The notes: generated by a model not told the origin, from the letters alone. 64,000 nt of DNA from an uncultured Planctomycetaceae bacterium (GCA_963785305.1 CAWAUV010000005.1:416001-480000), one strand, 5' to 3'. Positions 10,094 to 22,445 are shown, counted from the stretch's first letter. Numbers and translations are program-made.

Positions 10094-11014
10094 TCATTCG
10101 ATTGCCCGATCAATTGATCGGATTTTGATTGCGCTCTCTCCGGCTTGCTCGGCGGCGAGCGCTGCGGCGAGCCCTAGGCGATAGTTCGGGTATTCTAGTT
10201 TAACGTCGAGTTCGGCGAGCAGTCGCGCATTGGAAAGCCGCTTGTTGGCGGTGGCTCGCTCGGCGGCGGGCGAATCGGCACGCGCGGCGACGAATTGCGG
10301 CGAAGGAGCGCCGATCCGCCGGGCAACTTCTTCATAATATTCCCGCCGATTCACTGGGTGGCCATCGGACACGATATACGTGCGCGGCGGTTGGGCTCGT
10401 TCGGCGGCGAGCACGGTCCGCGCGGCGTCGTCGACATGAATCAAATTCAGCGACCCTTCGACCGGCGCCGCGAAAGGTTCGCCCGAGAGCAACTCGCGCT
10501 GCCGCGGAATTCGGCCCGGCCCATAAAGCCCCGCGAGGCGCAGCACAATCGCGCGATCGCCCACCGGCGATTCGGCTAGCAATCGCTCGGCCGCGAGGCA
10601 CGCCCGACCGCCGTGCCGCTCCGGGTTGCAAGGCGAATCTTCATCGACCACGCCGCCATCGGTTTGGCCATAAACCCCGGTCGAACTGATGTAGATAAAC
10701 CGCTCGACGCCCGCGGGCAACGCCTCGAGCGTTGCCCGCAGCCCGCGCACATAGACTTCTTCGATCGAAGGTCCGGCGGGCGCATTTCGGCGGTCGTAAC
10801 CCACGGCAAACAGCACGGTGTCGGCCAGGGGCAGCCTTGGCAAACTCTCGGGAGCGAGAATATCACCCACGAGGGCGTTCCAGCGCCGGCGAGCAAATTC
10901 GGCGGCCCGCTCATCGGACCGCGTGACGACGCACACTTCCGCGCCCGCGGCGGCCCAAAGCCGCGCAACGCGCTCGCCGAGATATCCACAGCCGAAGACG
11001 AGCTTGGTCATCAT
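10094..11014 (-). CDS. NAD-dependent epimerase/SDR (YeeZ-like)
   Basis: FGCGYLG, YISSTGVYG, LRLAGLYGPGR, NLIHVDD. Confidence 0.85.
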   Translation of the reverse strand: MMTKLVFGCGYLGERVARLWAAAGAEVCVVTRSDERAAEFARRRWNALVGDILAPESLPRLPLADTVLFAVGYDRRNAPAGPSIEEVYVRGLRATLEALPAGVERFIYISSTGVYGQTDGGVVDEDSPCNPERHGGRACLAAERLLAESPVGDRAIVLRLAGLYGPGRIPRQRELLSGEPFAAPVEGSLNLIHVDDAARTVLAAERAQPPRTYIVSDGHPVNRREYYEEVARRIGAPSPQFVAARADSPAAERATANKRLSNARLLAELDVKLEYPNYRLGLAAALAAEQAGESAIKIRSIDRAIE

Positions 11015-11061
11015 CAATAACCACGAACTAGATGATCGATAAATGCAAATGCGGCGGAGTC

Positions 11062-11153
11062 GCCACGGAAGGACACGGAAAGCACGGAAGGGGCAGGAAT
11101 CGAGTTAACCCAACATGGTTCCGTGTGTCCGCGGTTCCGTGTCGTTCCGGGGC
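11062..11153. repeat. REP-type inverted repeat pair (CACGGAA x3 / TTCCGTG x3)
   Basis: GCCACGGAAGGACACGGAAAGCACGGAA ... TTCCGTGTGTCCGCGGTTCCGTGTCGTTCCGGGGC. Confidence 0.65.
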
Positions 11154-11174
11154 ACATGCGTTTGTCTTTACACG

Positions 11175-11714
11175 TTAATCGTCGAGCCCGCGCGGGGCGG
11201 TGGTCGTGGCGGGGTCGAAGGCGCCTGCTTCCAAATAGCCGGAGAGCAGGATTTGCGCGGCCAGTTTGTCGAGCCGTTCGCGGCGTTTCTTTTTAGTGAG
11301 CTTCGCCGCCGAGAGATATTCGAGCGCTTCGGCGCTGGTGAATCGCTCGTCGAAATACACGACCTCCACGCCGGTCGTCGTCGTGAGCCATTGGCCAAAC
11401 TCGCGGGCCTCGCGCGATTTTTGACTTTCGCGCCCATCGAGATGGATCGGCAGCCCGACCACGAATCGCACAACGGCCTCTTGCCTGGCTAGGTCGACGA
11501 AAAACTTGGCGTCGAGCGGCGGCGTGCGGCGGTTGTAGTTCACCAGTGGCGTGGCGATGCGCGTCTCGCTGTCGGCAATCGCCACTCCGATGCGCACCGA
11601 CCCGAAGTCGACGCCCGCCAGCCGCCCGCGCGGCAATCGATCGCTTGCGGCGGCGTGCGTGGCGGGGCGAGGCTCGTGGGCTTGCGCGCCACCCTTGACC
11701 GGTTCGTTCGTCAT
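11175..11714 (-). CDS. ruvX: YqgF/RuvX family nuclease
   Basis: GVDFGSVRIGVA, VVGLP, DERFTS, DKLAAQILL. Confidence 0.92.
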   Translation of the reverse strand: MTNEPVKGGAQAHEPRPATHAAASDRLPRGRLAGVDFGSVRIGVAIADSETRIATPLVNYNRRTPPLDAKFFVDLARQEAVVRFVVGLPIHLDGRESQKSREAREFGQWLTTTTGVEVVYFDERFTSAEALEYLSAAKLTKKKRRERLDKLAAQILLSGYLEAGAFDPATTTAPRGLDD

Positions 11715-12748
11715 GAAACAATTGCCTGCCGCTCTTCGGCGGCGGTGAAATATCCATTTCGCAGGAAGCGAAGCGTCATCGCCCGCACGCGAGGATCATC
11801 CATCATTAGAGTGTGCAGCACCGGCAAGCGGCGGAAATCGGTCGCGCCGGCGAGCCGCGTGCTTTCCACGGTGACAATCAAATCATTGTCGCCCGTCAGC
11901 AGCGGATTGTAACCCCGCGTTTGACCGCGACCGCCGGCGATCACGCCGAATTCGATCTCCGGCGCCACGAGTCGCGATTCGAGGGTCGACCAATCGCGAA
12001 TTTCATGCGCGGCGCCGAGCAGTTTGAAAGGATCGACCCGCGACAGCCACTCGGCGATGCTCGCGCCGCGATTGGGCGGCCCCAGCATCACCATGCGCCG
12101 CAGCCGCGGGTCGGGCCCGGCCAGCGAACCGGCGGCGGGGGGCGCCGCGTCGCCAAACGCGGGCGTCGCCATCGCGGGGCCATTGGCTTGCCCTGTCGCC
12201 GCCTTCGCCGCTAGGCAGTCGGCCAGATAGTGCCGCACCACGAGATTGCCCAAGCTGTGGCACACGAAATGAATCTCCTCGATCCCCTCGAGATGCCGCA
12301 GTATACTCGCGAGCGACGCCGCATGTGCCGCGATCGGCAGCCGGGTGCTCGGATAGTTGACGTTAAACGTCGTGTAGCCGCCTTCACGCGCCAAATACCG
12401 GGCCAAGCCTCGCATGCCGCGGGCCGAGCGAAGCAGGCCATGCATGACGATCACCGCCTTGCCCGACATGGGCGGCGCATGGGACTTCGCCACGAACTCC
12501 GCGAGTCGCTCGCGGCAATATTCCCAGGAGCCGCGGGCGCGGCGAATGCCCCCCGCATCGAGCAGCCGGCAGTGGCCGAGCCGAGCATGGCGCTGAATAT
12601 GCCACCCATGAAAAAACAGTTCGTCGGACCAAAACTGCGCTCCGCCGAGCGTGGGCAGGGGCAGATCGGTTCGCAGTGAACCGAGCAGCCGCGAGCCGCG
12701 GGGCGGTTGGTCGAAATCGGTGGTCAGGAGCGTCGAATCGTCGTCCAT
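11711..12748 (-). CDS. Alpha/beta hydrolase (esterase/lipase family)
   Basis: VMHGL, nucleophile motif CHSLG, MLGPPNRG, DNDLIV, HTLM. Confidence 0.8.
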   Translation of the reverse strand: MDDDSTLLTTDFDQPPRGSRLLGSLRTDLPLPTLGGAQFWSDELFFHGWHIQRHARLGHCRLLDAGGIRRARGSWEYCRERLAEFVAKSHAPPMSGKAVIVMHGLLRSARGMRGLARYLAREGGYTTFNVNYPSTRLPIAAHAASLASILRHLEGIEEIHFVCHSLGNLVVRHYLADCLAAKAATGQANGPAMATPAFGDAAPPAAGSLAGPDPRLRRMVMLGPPNRGASIAEWLSRVDPFKLLGAAHEIRDWSTLESRLVAPEIEFGVIAGGRGQTRGYNPLLTGDNDLIVTVESTRLAGATDFRRLPVLHTLMMDDPRVRAMTLRFLRNGYFTAAEERQAIVS

Positions 12749-12776
12749 CGAGCGAAGCCTTTCGGCGCAGCGCGCC

Positions 12777-14168
12777 TCATTTCTTTTCCGCAACGACTGC
12801 TTCCACATTTTGTCCGTCGGCAAGCGATTCCGCCCGGGCGAGCACCACGGAGTCGTCGGGCTCAAGGCCCTTGAGGATTTCGACATCGCCGCCGCCGCGC
12901 GGACCGATTTCGACGCGCCTCCGCGCAATACGGCCCGACTCGACCACGCAGCACATCGATTCGGCCCCCTCGCGCACGATCGCCGCGGCCGGCAGGGTGA
13001 GCGCATCGAGACGTTGGTCGAGCACGATGGTCGCGGTCGCATACATTCCCGGTCGCAGGGCGAGATCGGCGTTCACAATATCCACTTCGACTCGCAACGA
13101 TCGATTCACCGGGTCGAGCGACCAACTGCTCCGTGTGACGCTCGCTTCGAACACGCGCTGCCCGAGCGCGGGAACGCGCACGGTCGCCTTATCGCCCCGG
13201 TCGACCAGGGCAGCCTCGATCTCGGGCGTTTCGACGAACACTCGCGCCACGCTCGCGCTCGCCACGACCAAGAGCGGCCGGGCCGACAGGGTGGCGCTCG
13301 CCGGCGGGGTTACATAGTCGCCCGGCGCCACGCCGCGGGCCGTCACCACGCCGTCGTAGGGCGCCGTGATCTTGGTGTATTCCAAGAGCGTCGCCGATTG
13401 GGCCAGGTTCGCCCGCGCGACATCGAGTCTCGCCGCGAAGGCCGCCTTGCTCGAAGTCGCCTTGCGAACCGCGACCTGGGCTTCGTGCGCCAGGGCTTTC
13501 GTCGACTGCACATTGGCCAGCGCCTCGTGGTAGGCGCCTTCGGCCCCGGCAAACTGGCTTTTGCTCTCGTCGACGAGCTTTTGCGTCACCGAGCGATCCG
13601 CGGCCAAGCCCGAATATCGGGCATGCTCGCTTCGCGATCGCTCGAAGTCGCCGCGAGCGTGAATCACGCCCGCCTCGGCCCGCGCGATGCGTGCCTCGGC
13701 AGTGTCGACCGCGGCGGCGGCGGCTTCGACATCCACCGCGGCCTCGGCCAATTCCGCTTCGGCTTGCTCGACCAGAGCTTTTTTCTGGTCGAGATCATCG
13801 TGCATTTCCGGAACCGAGAGCTCGACAAGCGTCTGCCCCTTGGTGACCGTGTCGCCGATGTCGACCAACACGGCGCCGATATAGCCGGAAATCCGGGACA
13901 CGAGCGGCGTGGTGTCGAAGGCTTCGATCTGGGCGGGCTGCGTGGTCGAGACGACGAGCGTCTTTCGCACGGGCTTGCCCACCACGACGCGAGCCCGCGG
14001 GACGCCCGGCCCATCCGCCGGCGTCCCAATGCTCCCAGACCCAATGGGCGCGGCCGGCGCGGCGCGGTTGCAACCGCTCGCCACGAGCAGCGGCGCAAAG
14101 CACGCACTAACCCACAAAGCCGGCGAGCCGAGCGCGAGCGAGCCGCGAGCGCGAAGCCTCATGAACAT
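12777..14168 (-). CDS. RND efflux periplasmic adaptor (lipoprotein)
   Basis: Lipobox VASGC, VDIGDTVTKGQ, long coiled coil, ITAPYDGVV, LRPGMYA. Confidence 0.88.
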   Translation of the reverse strand: MFMRLRARGSLALGSPALWVSACFAPLLVASGCNRAAPAAPIGSGSIGTPADGPGVPRARVVVGKPVRKTLVVSTTQPAQIEAFDTTPLVSRISGYIGAVLVDIGDTVTKGQTLVELSVPEMHDDLDQKKALVEQAEAELAEAAVDVEAAAAAVDTAEARIARAEAGVIHARGDFERSRSEHARYSGLAADRSVTQKLVDESKSQFAGAEGAYHEALANVQSTKALAHEAQVAVRKATSSKAAFAARLDVARANLAQSATLLEYTKITAPYDGVVTARGVAPGDYVTPPASATLSARPLLVVASASVARVFVETPEIEAALVDRGDKATVRVPALGQRVFEASVTRSSWSLDPVNRSLRVEVDIVNADLALRPGMYATATIVLDQRLDALTLPAAAIVREGAESMCCVVESGRIARRRVEIGPRGGGDVEILKGLEPDDSVVLARAESLADGQNVEAVVAEKK

Positions 14169-17100
14169 TCTCCGATCTCGGCCAAGAGGCCGGCAGCCGT
14201 GGGCACGTAGCGGGCACTGTGGGCATCCGCCGGATCAAGCGACGCGGAATCACACGCCGCGCGATTTTGCAGCCAAGTAAATACCGAGGGCAAGAAGAAG
14301 AGCGTGGCGAGCGTGGCGGCTAGCAGTCCGCCGACAACCGCTTGGCCCAGCGGCGCGTTTTGTTCGCCCGAGGCCCCGATTCCGAGCGCCATGGGAGCCA
14401 TGCCGGCGATCATGGCGCAGCTTGTCATGAGCACGGCCCGCAGGCGTCCGCTCGCCCCGGCGATGGCCGCCTCGCGACTCGAGCGACCTTCGCGGCGCAA
14501 ATCCTCGGCAAAGCTGATGAGCAAAATTGCATTGGCCATCGAAACACCGATCGCCATGATGGCGCCGATGAAGGATTGGATATTGATGGTCGAACGCGTG
14601 ACATAAAGCATCGCGACCACGCCCGCGATCACGGCCGGCGCGGTCGAGATCGCGGCCAGCGCGAGCCGCGGCGATTGAAAGCTGGCGGTGAGCACGAGAA
14701 ACACGACCACGACCGCGAGAATCAGGCCGACGGATAAACCGCTCAGCATTTCATTGAGCGGCACGATCTGGCCGCGGATTTCGGTTTTCGTTCCCTGGGG
14801 CGGCGCGCTGCGCGCACAATCGCCGCCTCGACCGCTCGCGCCACGCTGCCCAGATCGGCGCCGGCGATGTTGGCCGTGAGCGTCACTTGGCGCCGCATAT
14901 TATAGCGATCGTATTGACCGGGCATGGTCGCGGATTCGATCGTCGCGACATCGCGCACCAGCACTTGCTTCTCGGCGGAACGACGGACCGGCAAGCGGCC
15001 CAACTCCTCGGCGGTTGCGATCGGGCGGGCGCGGTCGTCGGCAGAGCGAATCAGCGGGCGTGGAATCTCGACCTGCACTTGATAGGCGATGCCGGATTTC
15101 GGATCGGCCCAATAATTCGGGGCGACGAAGCGGCTCGACGAAGTGGCCGGCACGATCGCCCGCGCCACATCGCTGGGCGTCACTCCCGCGAGACCGGCTT
15201 TTTCGCGGTCGATCTGGACTTCGATCGTCGGATAATCGAGCGATTGGCCGAATTCGATATCGCGCAGCGCCGAAATCGTCGTCAGCTCGCGGCGGATTTT
15301 TTCGGCGCAGTGCCGCGCATCGGCCAAGCTCGTGCCGCTCACGGCCACTTCGATGGGCGTCGGCGAGCCGAAACTCATCACTTCGTTCACGATGTCCGAG
15401 GGCTCGAACGACACGCGCAGCTCGGGAATCTTGGCCGCGACGCGCTGCCGCAAGCGTTCTTGCAGCGGCTCGATCCGAATGCCGCTCCCGGGACGCAGCG
15501 CGATATAAAAAATAGCTTCCTCGGGTCCGCGCGACCATTGATAAACGGCATTGATCGGAAAATTCGAATGGATCATGCCGACGTAGCCGAGCGAAAGCGA
15601 GATGTTTTCCGGTCCGACTTCATCGCGCACCAGTTCGAGCAGCGCGAGCGAGTAACGCTCGGAGCGAGCGATATGGGCGCCATCGGGCGCTCGCATCCGC
15701 ATTCGGAACTGGCCGGCGTCGACCACCGGAAACAGTTCTCGCCCCAATCGCGGACCACACCAGCCGATCACGATCGCCACCGTGAGCAAATAGATCGCCA
15801 GCGAGCGCCACCTCGCGCCGACGAGTCGCGATAAGCCGTCTTCATAGCGGCGGCGAAGCCTCGAGAACAACGAGCGTTGGTCGTCGCGATGCGCCTCGGT
15901 GCGCGAAGCAGCCACACGCACATCACCGGCACGAACGTGCTCGAAAGCAAATAGGAGCCGATCATCGCCAATCCGACCGCGAGCGCCAGCGGGGCAAAGA
16001 GCCCTTGCGCGGCGCCTCGCATGAAAAACGCCGGAATAAACACCGCGAGAATGCAGACCATGGCCAAGAAACGCGGCCGCGCGGTTTGGGCGTTGCCGAG
16101 CCGCACCGCGAGCGCCACCGAGGGCGTTTGACGCATGCGCGCATGAATGTTTTCCAACTCGACCGTCGCTTCGTCGACAAGAATGCCGATCGCCAGGGTC
16201 AGACCGCCAAGGGTCATGATATTGATCGTTTGCCCGGCGAGCCATAAGCCCGCCACGGCGAAGCACAGCGCCAAGGGAATCGTCAGCACCACGATCAGCG
16301 CGCTTCGCCCGTCGCGCAAAAACACGAGCATCATCAGACCGACCAATAGTGCGCCGAGCGCGCCCTCGCGCGCGACGCTCGACACGGCTTGGGTCACATA
16401 GGGCGATTGATCGAACTCGAAGCTGACATGAATTCCCGGCGGAAGCACCGCCTGCATTTCGGGCAACGCCTTCTTGATGTTTTCAATGACGCGCATCGTC
16501 GAGGCGTCGGAACGCTTGGTCGCCAAGATATAAATCGCCCTGCGGCCATTGACCAGCGCATAGCCGGCCGGGGCATCGGCCGAATCGGTCACATAGCCGA
16601 TATCGCGAATGTAAACCGGCGCCGCGCCGCCGCGAATCGGAATCGATGCGAACTGCCGCGGGTCCTTGATCACCGAATTGACCGACACGATCGGATACGA
16701 GTCGTCCACCAGCAAATTCCCCGACGGACTGATCGTGTTGCCCAAGGCCAGGGCGCCGACAATCTCCTCGGGCGACATGTGGTAGGCCTGCAATCGCTCG
16801 GGGTCGACCGTGATCACGATCGAACGCGCGCTTTCCGCCGAAGGGCGGCGGCGCCGAGACTCCCGGCAGGCTGGCGAACATCGGCCGCACGCGAAACAAC
16901 GCCAGGTCTTGAATCTCGGCAATGGTGCGAGTTTCGCTCGAGAGCACCAGATAGCCGACAGGCACGCTGCCGGTATCGAACCGCATGACGAACGGCGAGA
17001 CCGTGCCCGGCGGCATGAACGCCTGCGAACGATTGACGTAGTTGATCGTTTCGGCCATGGCCTGGGCCATGTTCGTGCCCGGATGAAAATAGAGTTTCAT

Positions 17101-17421
17101 CAAGGCGGTTCCCTGCACATTGCGCGATTCAACATGATGAATGCCGCTGATGTAGAGGAAGTGGTATTCGTAATAGTTCGTGAGAAAGCCTTCCATCTGG
17201 GCGGGGTCCATGCCACCGTAGGGCTGGCAGACATAAATGACCGGCAGGTTGAGGCTGGGAAACACGTCGACATCCATGCCGCGCGGCAGGGCCGTCGGAT
17301 AAGGCAATCCCCACTGCTGGCAGACCGAACTACCGACGGCTAGCATCGCGCCGAGCGATATGCCCAAGACCATGACCAGCACGGTAAAGGGCCGGCGAAG
17401 CGCGAATACAATGGGGTTCAT
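14159..17421 (-). CDS. RND efflux permease (AcrB/CusA superfamily), split by about 3 frameshifts
   Basis: Successive ORFs carry [43 protein letters not shown] and RLRAVLMTS. Confidence 0.88.
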
Positions 17422-17848
17422 CGAAGAGTTCTCGATTACGGCGCCGGTCGGCAACACCGTTCTCTCTCCCCCTTCGGGGCAAGAGCAGGGGGAAGGGGGC
17501 TAAACTTTCGGAAGGGCCTTGCACGAAGACGGCCTCGGATCGCGGGGCAAGCTCCCTTCGATTCTCGACTGCCGCGCCGGGGTTCGCAACCCGGCGACCA
17601 GGGCGTCTTCGGCGAATAGCGTCGCCAGCGGGCGCCGCGGCACGAATGCACCCAAACATCCCAGTCGCCGCAATCGCTATTTTCGTTAAACTCCGGCGCC
17701 GATGGCAGTCGATGAAAATCGAACGGCGCGTTCGGTGGCGGTGGAAGCCGACTCGGTGTCGAAATGTTTTCCTAAATAGCCGCGGCATCGCAAGCAGATT
17801 CCGGGGGCGCGACAAACGTTGGCTCGAAATCGCTTTTTGCCGCGAATC

Positions 17849-19641
17849 ATGATGTTTTTGCCGCTTTTGGCCACGGCCGGCTGCGCGCTCGAGGCCAAGC
17901 GAACGGCGCCCGGCGTGGCGTCGACCGAAGCGCTCGCGGCGCGTTCGCAGGCCGCCCCGGCGCTGCAGGCCCCGGCTGGCCCAGCGGCCTCGCCCGCTCC
18001 TCCGCTCGCGATGCCTGCCGCTGAGTCCGCCGCGGCGGCGATGCCGGGCTTTGCGCCGGCCGGTTTTTATTCAACTTCCGCGGCAATCGGGAGCCCGGCC
18101 CCGACCGGCGTCGCGCCCGACGCGAGCGCCGCCAGCCTCGTTGCCGCCCCGAGCCATCAGCTCGCGCCGCGCCCGATGATGCCGCCTCCCAAGTCGACCG
18201 AGGCCGGAGCCGCGGTGACCCCAGCGGAAACGGTTCCCGCGCCCACGCCATCGCCCGCCGCAACCACGCCAACGCCGGTCACGATCGTTCCGCAAGCGGG
18301 CAAAACATCGCCGCCAGTCGCCGGGCCGAGCAATCGCCCCGACGCGCTGCCGATCGACTTGCCGACCGCATTGCAACTGGCCGACGCCAAGGATTATCAG
18401 GTGCTTTTCGCGCGAGCGAATTCGTCAAGCGTGGGCTCAATCGCAAGCGGCCAATGTCCTGTGGCTCCCATCGATCAATCTCGGGGCGGGCTACAACAAT
18501 CACCAGGGCGAGATTCAACAGGTTGAAGGCGCGGTCAACCCCACGGCCCGCGGGAATTTCTATGGCGGCTTCGGCGCGCTGGTCCCGGGCGCCGCGTCGC
18601 CGACGATTCCAGGCATTTATGCGAATTTCCGCCTCTCGGAGGCGCTTTTCAAACCCTTGGCTGCCCGCCAAACCGCCAACGCCCGACGCTTTGCCGCCGC
18701 CGCGGCGACCAACGATCAACTGCTTCGCGTGTCGCTTGCCTATATCGAATTGCTGCGGGCCTCGGCCGAACTGGCGATCGCTCTCGAGGCACGCGACAAT
18801 GCTCGCCAGTTGGCCGATCTAACCGCGAGTTATGCCCGTCGTGGACAGGGCTTGCAGTCCGACGCCGAACGCACCAAGACCGAACTCGGCATTCGAGAAA
18901 ACGACGTCAGCCGGGCCCGGGTCGGCGCTCCAGATTGCCTCGGCGCGGCTTGCGCAGCCGCTGCGACTCGACGCCACGGTGCTGCTGCATCCCGCCGAGC
19001 CGAATGTGACGCCGATCGAGCTAACTTCGCCCGACACTGCAGTGGGCGAGCTGGTGGGGCAAGGACTCGCGGCGCGTCCGGAACTCGCCGAGAACCGAGC
19101 CTTGGTCGCCGCCGCGGTGGCCCGCATGCGTCAGGAGCGTTATGCGGTGTTCATGCCGAGTATTTTGCTGGGCGCGAGTTACGGAGCGTTTGGCGGCGGC
19201 ATGAACTCGACGATCGCTAGTGTCGGCAATCGCATGGACGCCGACGCCGTGGCGTATTGGCAGGTGCGGAATCTGGGATTCGGCGAAGTCGCGGCTCGCC
19301 GAGAGACGCAATCGCTGACCGAGCAGGCAAACATACAACGGCTCTTGGCGATGGATGTCGTGGCACGAGAGATCGTCGAAGCCCAAGCCGAGGTCGCGGC
19401 CGGTCGCGATCAGATTCGCGCGGTGCGCGGTGCGCTCGACGCGGCGCGCTCGTCGCACCGACTGAATCTCGAACGCATCGAACATGCGCAAGGTTTGCCG
19501 ATCGAAGCGCTGCAATCGGTGCAAGCGCTGGCCCTGGCCCAGCGTGAATATTTGCGGGCACTGACTGAAAACAACAACGCGCAGTTCAAGCTGCATCGCG
19601 CTTTGGGATGGCCGTCGAAACCGCGCGACGCCGAGTCGTGA
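17849..19641 (+). CDS. TolC-family outer membrane lipoprotein, divergent from the RND genes (2 frameshifts)
   Basis: Lipobox-like TAGC, Pro/Ala-rich linker, IDLPTALQLA, ARPEL, NNAQFKLHRALG. Confidence 0.8.
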
Positions 19642-19661
19642 TCGCGGGGCGAGCGCCGCGG

Positions 19662-20747
19662 TTACAGATGTTCGCCCCAGCCGCGCTCGGCGAGCAGTTT
19701 CACGACTTTACGGATCGATTCTTCGTCGTGCTTGTTCGCCACCAGCGTGGCGTCGCCCGCGTGAACGACGATTATGTCTTGGAGGCCGAGCGTGACGATC
19801 AGATGTTCGCTCGGGCCGCGCACGATGCATCCCTTGGAATCGACACCGAGGTGTTTGCCGACCACGGTGTTACCGTGCTCGTCGGCGCCTTGCAGGCGGC
19901 CCATGGCTTGCCAGCTTCCGACATCGTCCCAGCCAAAGGGCGCTTCGAGCACCACCACATCGCGGGCATGCTCCATCACCGCATAGTCGATCGACACGCC
20001 CCGGATGGCGGAAAACTCGCGCTCGAGCGTGGCGGCGTAATCGGGCGAGCCTTCGGCGGCGTCGATCTTGGCCAAATGGGCGTGCATCTCGGGTTGATGT
20101 TCGGAGAGCGCGTCGAGAATGGTGCGCGCTCGCCAGACAAAGATGCCCGAATTCCAGTAGAAGCGACCGCTGGCCAGATATTCGCGAGCCGTTTCGGCTT
20201 TCGGCTTTTCTCGAAATTGCACGACGACAAATGGTCGTAGCGACCCGGCCGGAGCATTTTCGATCGCCGCGCCCCGCTCAATGTAGCCGAAGATCTCGGC
20301 CGGATAGCTCGGTTTGATGCCGAAGGTGACGATCCGACCGGGAGCCTGGGCCACGAGCTCGGCCGCTCGTGAGATGGCTTCTTGAAACACGGCGTCGGGG
20401 CTGATCACATGGTCCGATGGCATCACGGCCATCACCGCCTCGGGATCGCGGCGAAGCAATTTGAAGGCGGCCAGGCCGATGCACGCCCCCGTGTCGCGCT
20501 TGCAGGGTTCGCCCAAGATCGCGTCGTGGGGCAGTTCGGGCAACTGCGAGCGGATCGCATCGATGAGCCGGTTGTTGGCGGCGATCAGCACCCGGCCGCG
20601 CGGAATGAGCCCGGTCAGGCGATCGACCGTGGTTTGCAGCATCGTGCGCTCGCCGACGAGCGCGAGTAACTGCTTGGGCCGCGCGTCACGACTTTCGGGC
20701 CAAAAACGCGTGCCGGACCCACCGGCCATTACCACTGCATGCAACAT
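19662..20747 (-). CDS. manC: Mannose-1-phosphate guanylyltransferase
   Basis: MAGGSGTRFWP, PKQLL, EPCKRDT, FREKP, WNSGIF, SIDYAVME, WDDVGSW. Confidence 0.92.
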   Translation of the reverse strand: MLHAVVMAGGSGTRFWPESRDARPKQLLALVGERTMLQTTVDRLTGLIPRGRVLIAANNRLIDAIRSQLPELPHDAILGEPCKRDTGACIGLAAFKLLRRDPEAVMAVMPSDHVISPDAVFQEAISRAAELVAQAPGRIVTFGIKPSYPAEIFGYIERGAAIENAPAGSLRPFVVVQFREKPKAETAREYLASGRFYWNSGIFVWRARTILDALSEHQPEMHAHLAKIDAAEGSPDYAATLEREFSAIRGVSIDYAVMEHARDVVVLEAPFGWDDVGSWQAMGRLQGADEHGNTVVGKHLGVDSKGCIVRGPSEHLIVTLGLQDIIVVHAGDATLVANKHDEESIRKVVKLLAERGWGEHL

Positions 20748-20824
20748 TTCGCTGGACTCGAAGTTTCCATGGCGCGGGCGCTATTCCAAAACTCTATTTC
20801 AATAGTCGTCTTCGAAAAAATCGC

Positions 20825-22258
20825 TCACGACCCGCCTTGGCGAAAATAACGCGGTTCGCGAATCGCGAGGCCGGTCGGCAATCGGCGCCGGGCTTCGTCG
20901 TCGTTCTGGGCGAGCAGCGGGCTGATTTCAACCGGCGACTTGTCGTCGACCTCGTTTCCCGCCATCCGGAGCCAGCGCCGGGCCTGGGCCGCGAGGCGCT
21001 CGCGCACGAATTCCGGCGTGTCGCGAGATTCGCCAGGCGCATTTTTCAGCGGGGCGAATACCTCGGCCTCGTCGCCCTCGATGACGATCGCCGCCTCGGC
21101 CGCCGGCATCAGGTCGAAAATGAAACGCTCGAATTTGCAGGCATTGGGCTGTCGCGGAACTTCGACCTCGCCGCGCGAATTCACGAAGCTCACCGCCTTG
21201 TGCGCCACATGAAACGGCAACGACGCCGCCTGACGCGATTCGCGGCGCAGAAACGCGACATTGAACCCATGCACCGCGATGCTCCCCGCCCAAAATATCG
21301 GCTGACCGGCGGCGTCGCGCCGATCGACCAGCGCGTTGTCGAGCGGATTGAAATCGCTGTACTCGAGCACATGCAGCCGGCCATCGATCGACGCCACATT
21401 GCCCACCCGGTCGCGTGGCGTTTGCTTGCGCACTACCAATGTAGACATTTCCGTGCCCTTGCGGGAGTGCGACAAAATGTGATAGCCGAGCAGTTCGGGA
21501 TCGCACACCGGCGCTAGCGGGTTGTCGACTTGAAAATAAAACAGATAACGCACGCCCCGCTGCTCCATGTCGTCGAGCGCCTCGCTGCGCGCGAGCGCGG
21601 CGAGGCAGCCGCCGTGACCGTCGGGACTGAGCGCGAGTCGATGCTTTTCGGCCAAGAGTAGCTTGCCCGTCGCGGCGTCGACCGCCGGCATCGTGCCCTG
21701 GCAAAAAACGCGCACCGCGTCGGCCGGGAGACCGAAATTGCCATGCTCCGCAAGATAGACCCGAGTCTCGGCGTCGGTCGCCGGGCTGGTCATTACATAG
21801 AGCGGAATCGCGCCGCCCGAACTTGCCCGATGGCCGGCGATTTTCTCGAGCAGAATCTGGAAGAGCGAGGCCCCCGAAATCGGGCCAATCGCGAACATGC
21901 CCTTGGGATGCTCGAACCCGAGGCGGCTGCCTTGTCCACCGGCCACGAGCACCGCGCCCACCTCGCCGACGGCGAGCGCCTCGGCTCCGCGGCGGCGAGC
22001 CTCTTGCGGCGAGATGGCATTGGCCTCGTCGCCCAAGCGGTAGGCGGGAGGCGCCACGGCGCGGCGGGCCAGATCGGCCCAGTCCGTGGGGCGAACCTCG
22101 CCGCGATGCAGCCCGGCAAGGAGCGGCAGATCGACCTCGCACAGTTGCGCGGCGAGCAACGTGCGCTCGCCCGCGGAAAGATCGTCCCAGCATGCAAGCA
22201 CATGCGTTTGATCGTGAGGCGCCAGTTTTTCGAAGAGCACGTCTTTGTTCAAGGCCAC
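20825..22258 (-). CDS. UDPGP-type (UAP/UGPase) UTP-sugar-1-phosphate uridylyltransferase
   Basis: AGGQGSRLGFEHPKG, SPDGHGG, QVDNPL, LEYSD, KFERFIFD, FAPLKN. Confidence 0.88.
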   Translation of the reverse strand: MALNKDVLFEKLAPHDQTHVLACWDDLSAGERTLLAAQLCEVDLPLLAGLHRGEVRPTDWADLARRAVAPPAYRLGDEANAISPQEARRRGAEALAVGEVGAVLVAGGQGSRLGFEHPKGMFAIGPISGASLFQILLEKIAGHRASSGGAIPLYVMTSPATDAETRVYLAEHGNFGLPADAVRVFCQGTMPAVDAATGKLLLAEKHRLALSPDGHGGCLAALARSEALDDMEQRGVRYLFYFQVDNPLAPVCDPELLGYHILSHSRKGTEMSTLVVRKQTPRDRVGNVASIDGRLHVLEYSDFNPLDNALVDRRDAAGQPIFWAGSIAVHGFNVAFLRRESRQAASLPFHVAHKAVSFVNSRGEVEVPRQPNACKFERFIFDLMPAAEAAIVIEGDEAEVFAPLKNAPGESRDTPEFVRERLAAQARRWLRMAGNEVDDKSPVEISPLLAQNDDEARRRLPTGLAIREPRYFRQGGS

Positions 22259-22445
22259 GACTTCCCCATGCTTACGAGCGTCCGCCAGAATGTTCGATGC
22301 CCCGGGTCGGCGATATTGCTTGAATGGGCGACCCCAATTATGCCCGCAATTCGTCGCGGGCCAAAGACCCATGCGAGGCTTGAGCTTAAGAATTCGGAAG
22401 TTCACGGCGAGGCGAACCGCCAATTGCGGCTCCGCGCACGCGTGC

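Noticed and set aside
20825..22258. Eukaryote-like UDP-sugar pyrophosphorylase as a novel horizontal transfer
   Set aside because: This family is already known in PVC bacteria
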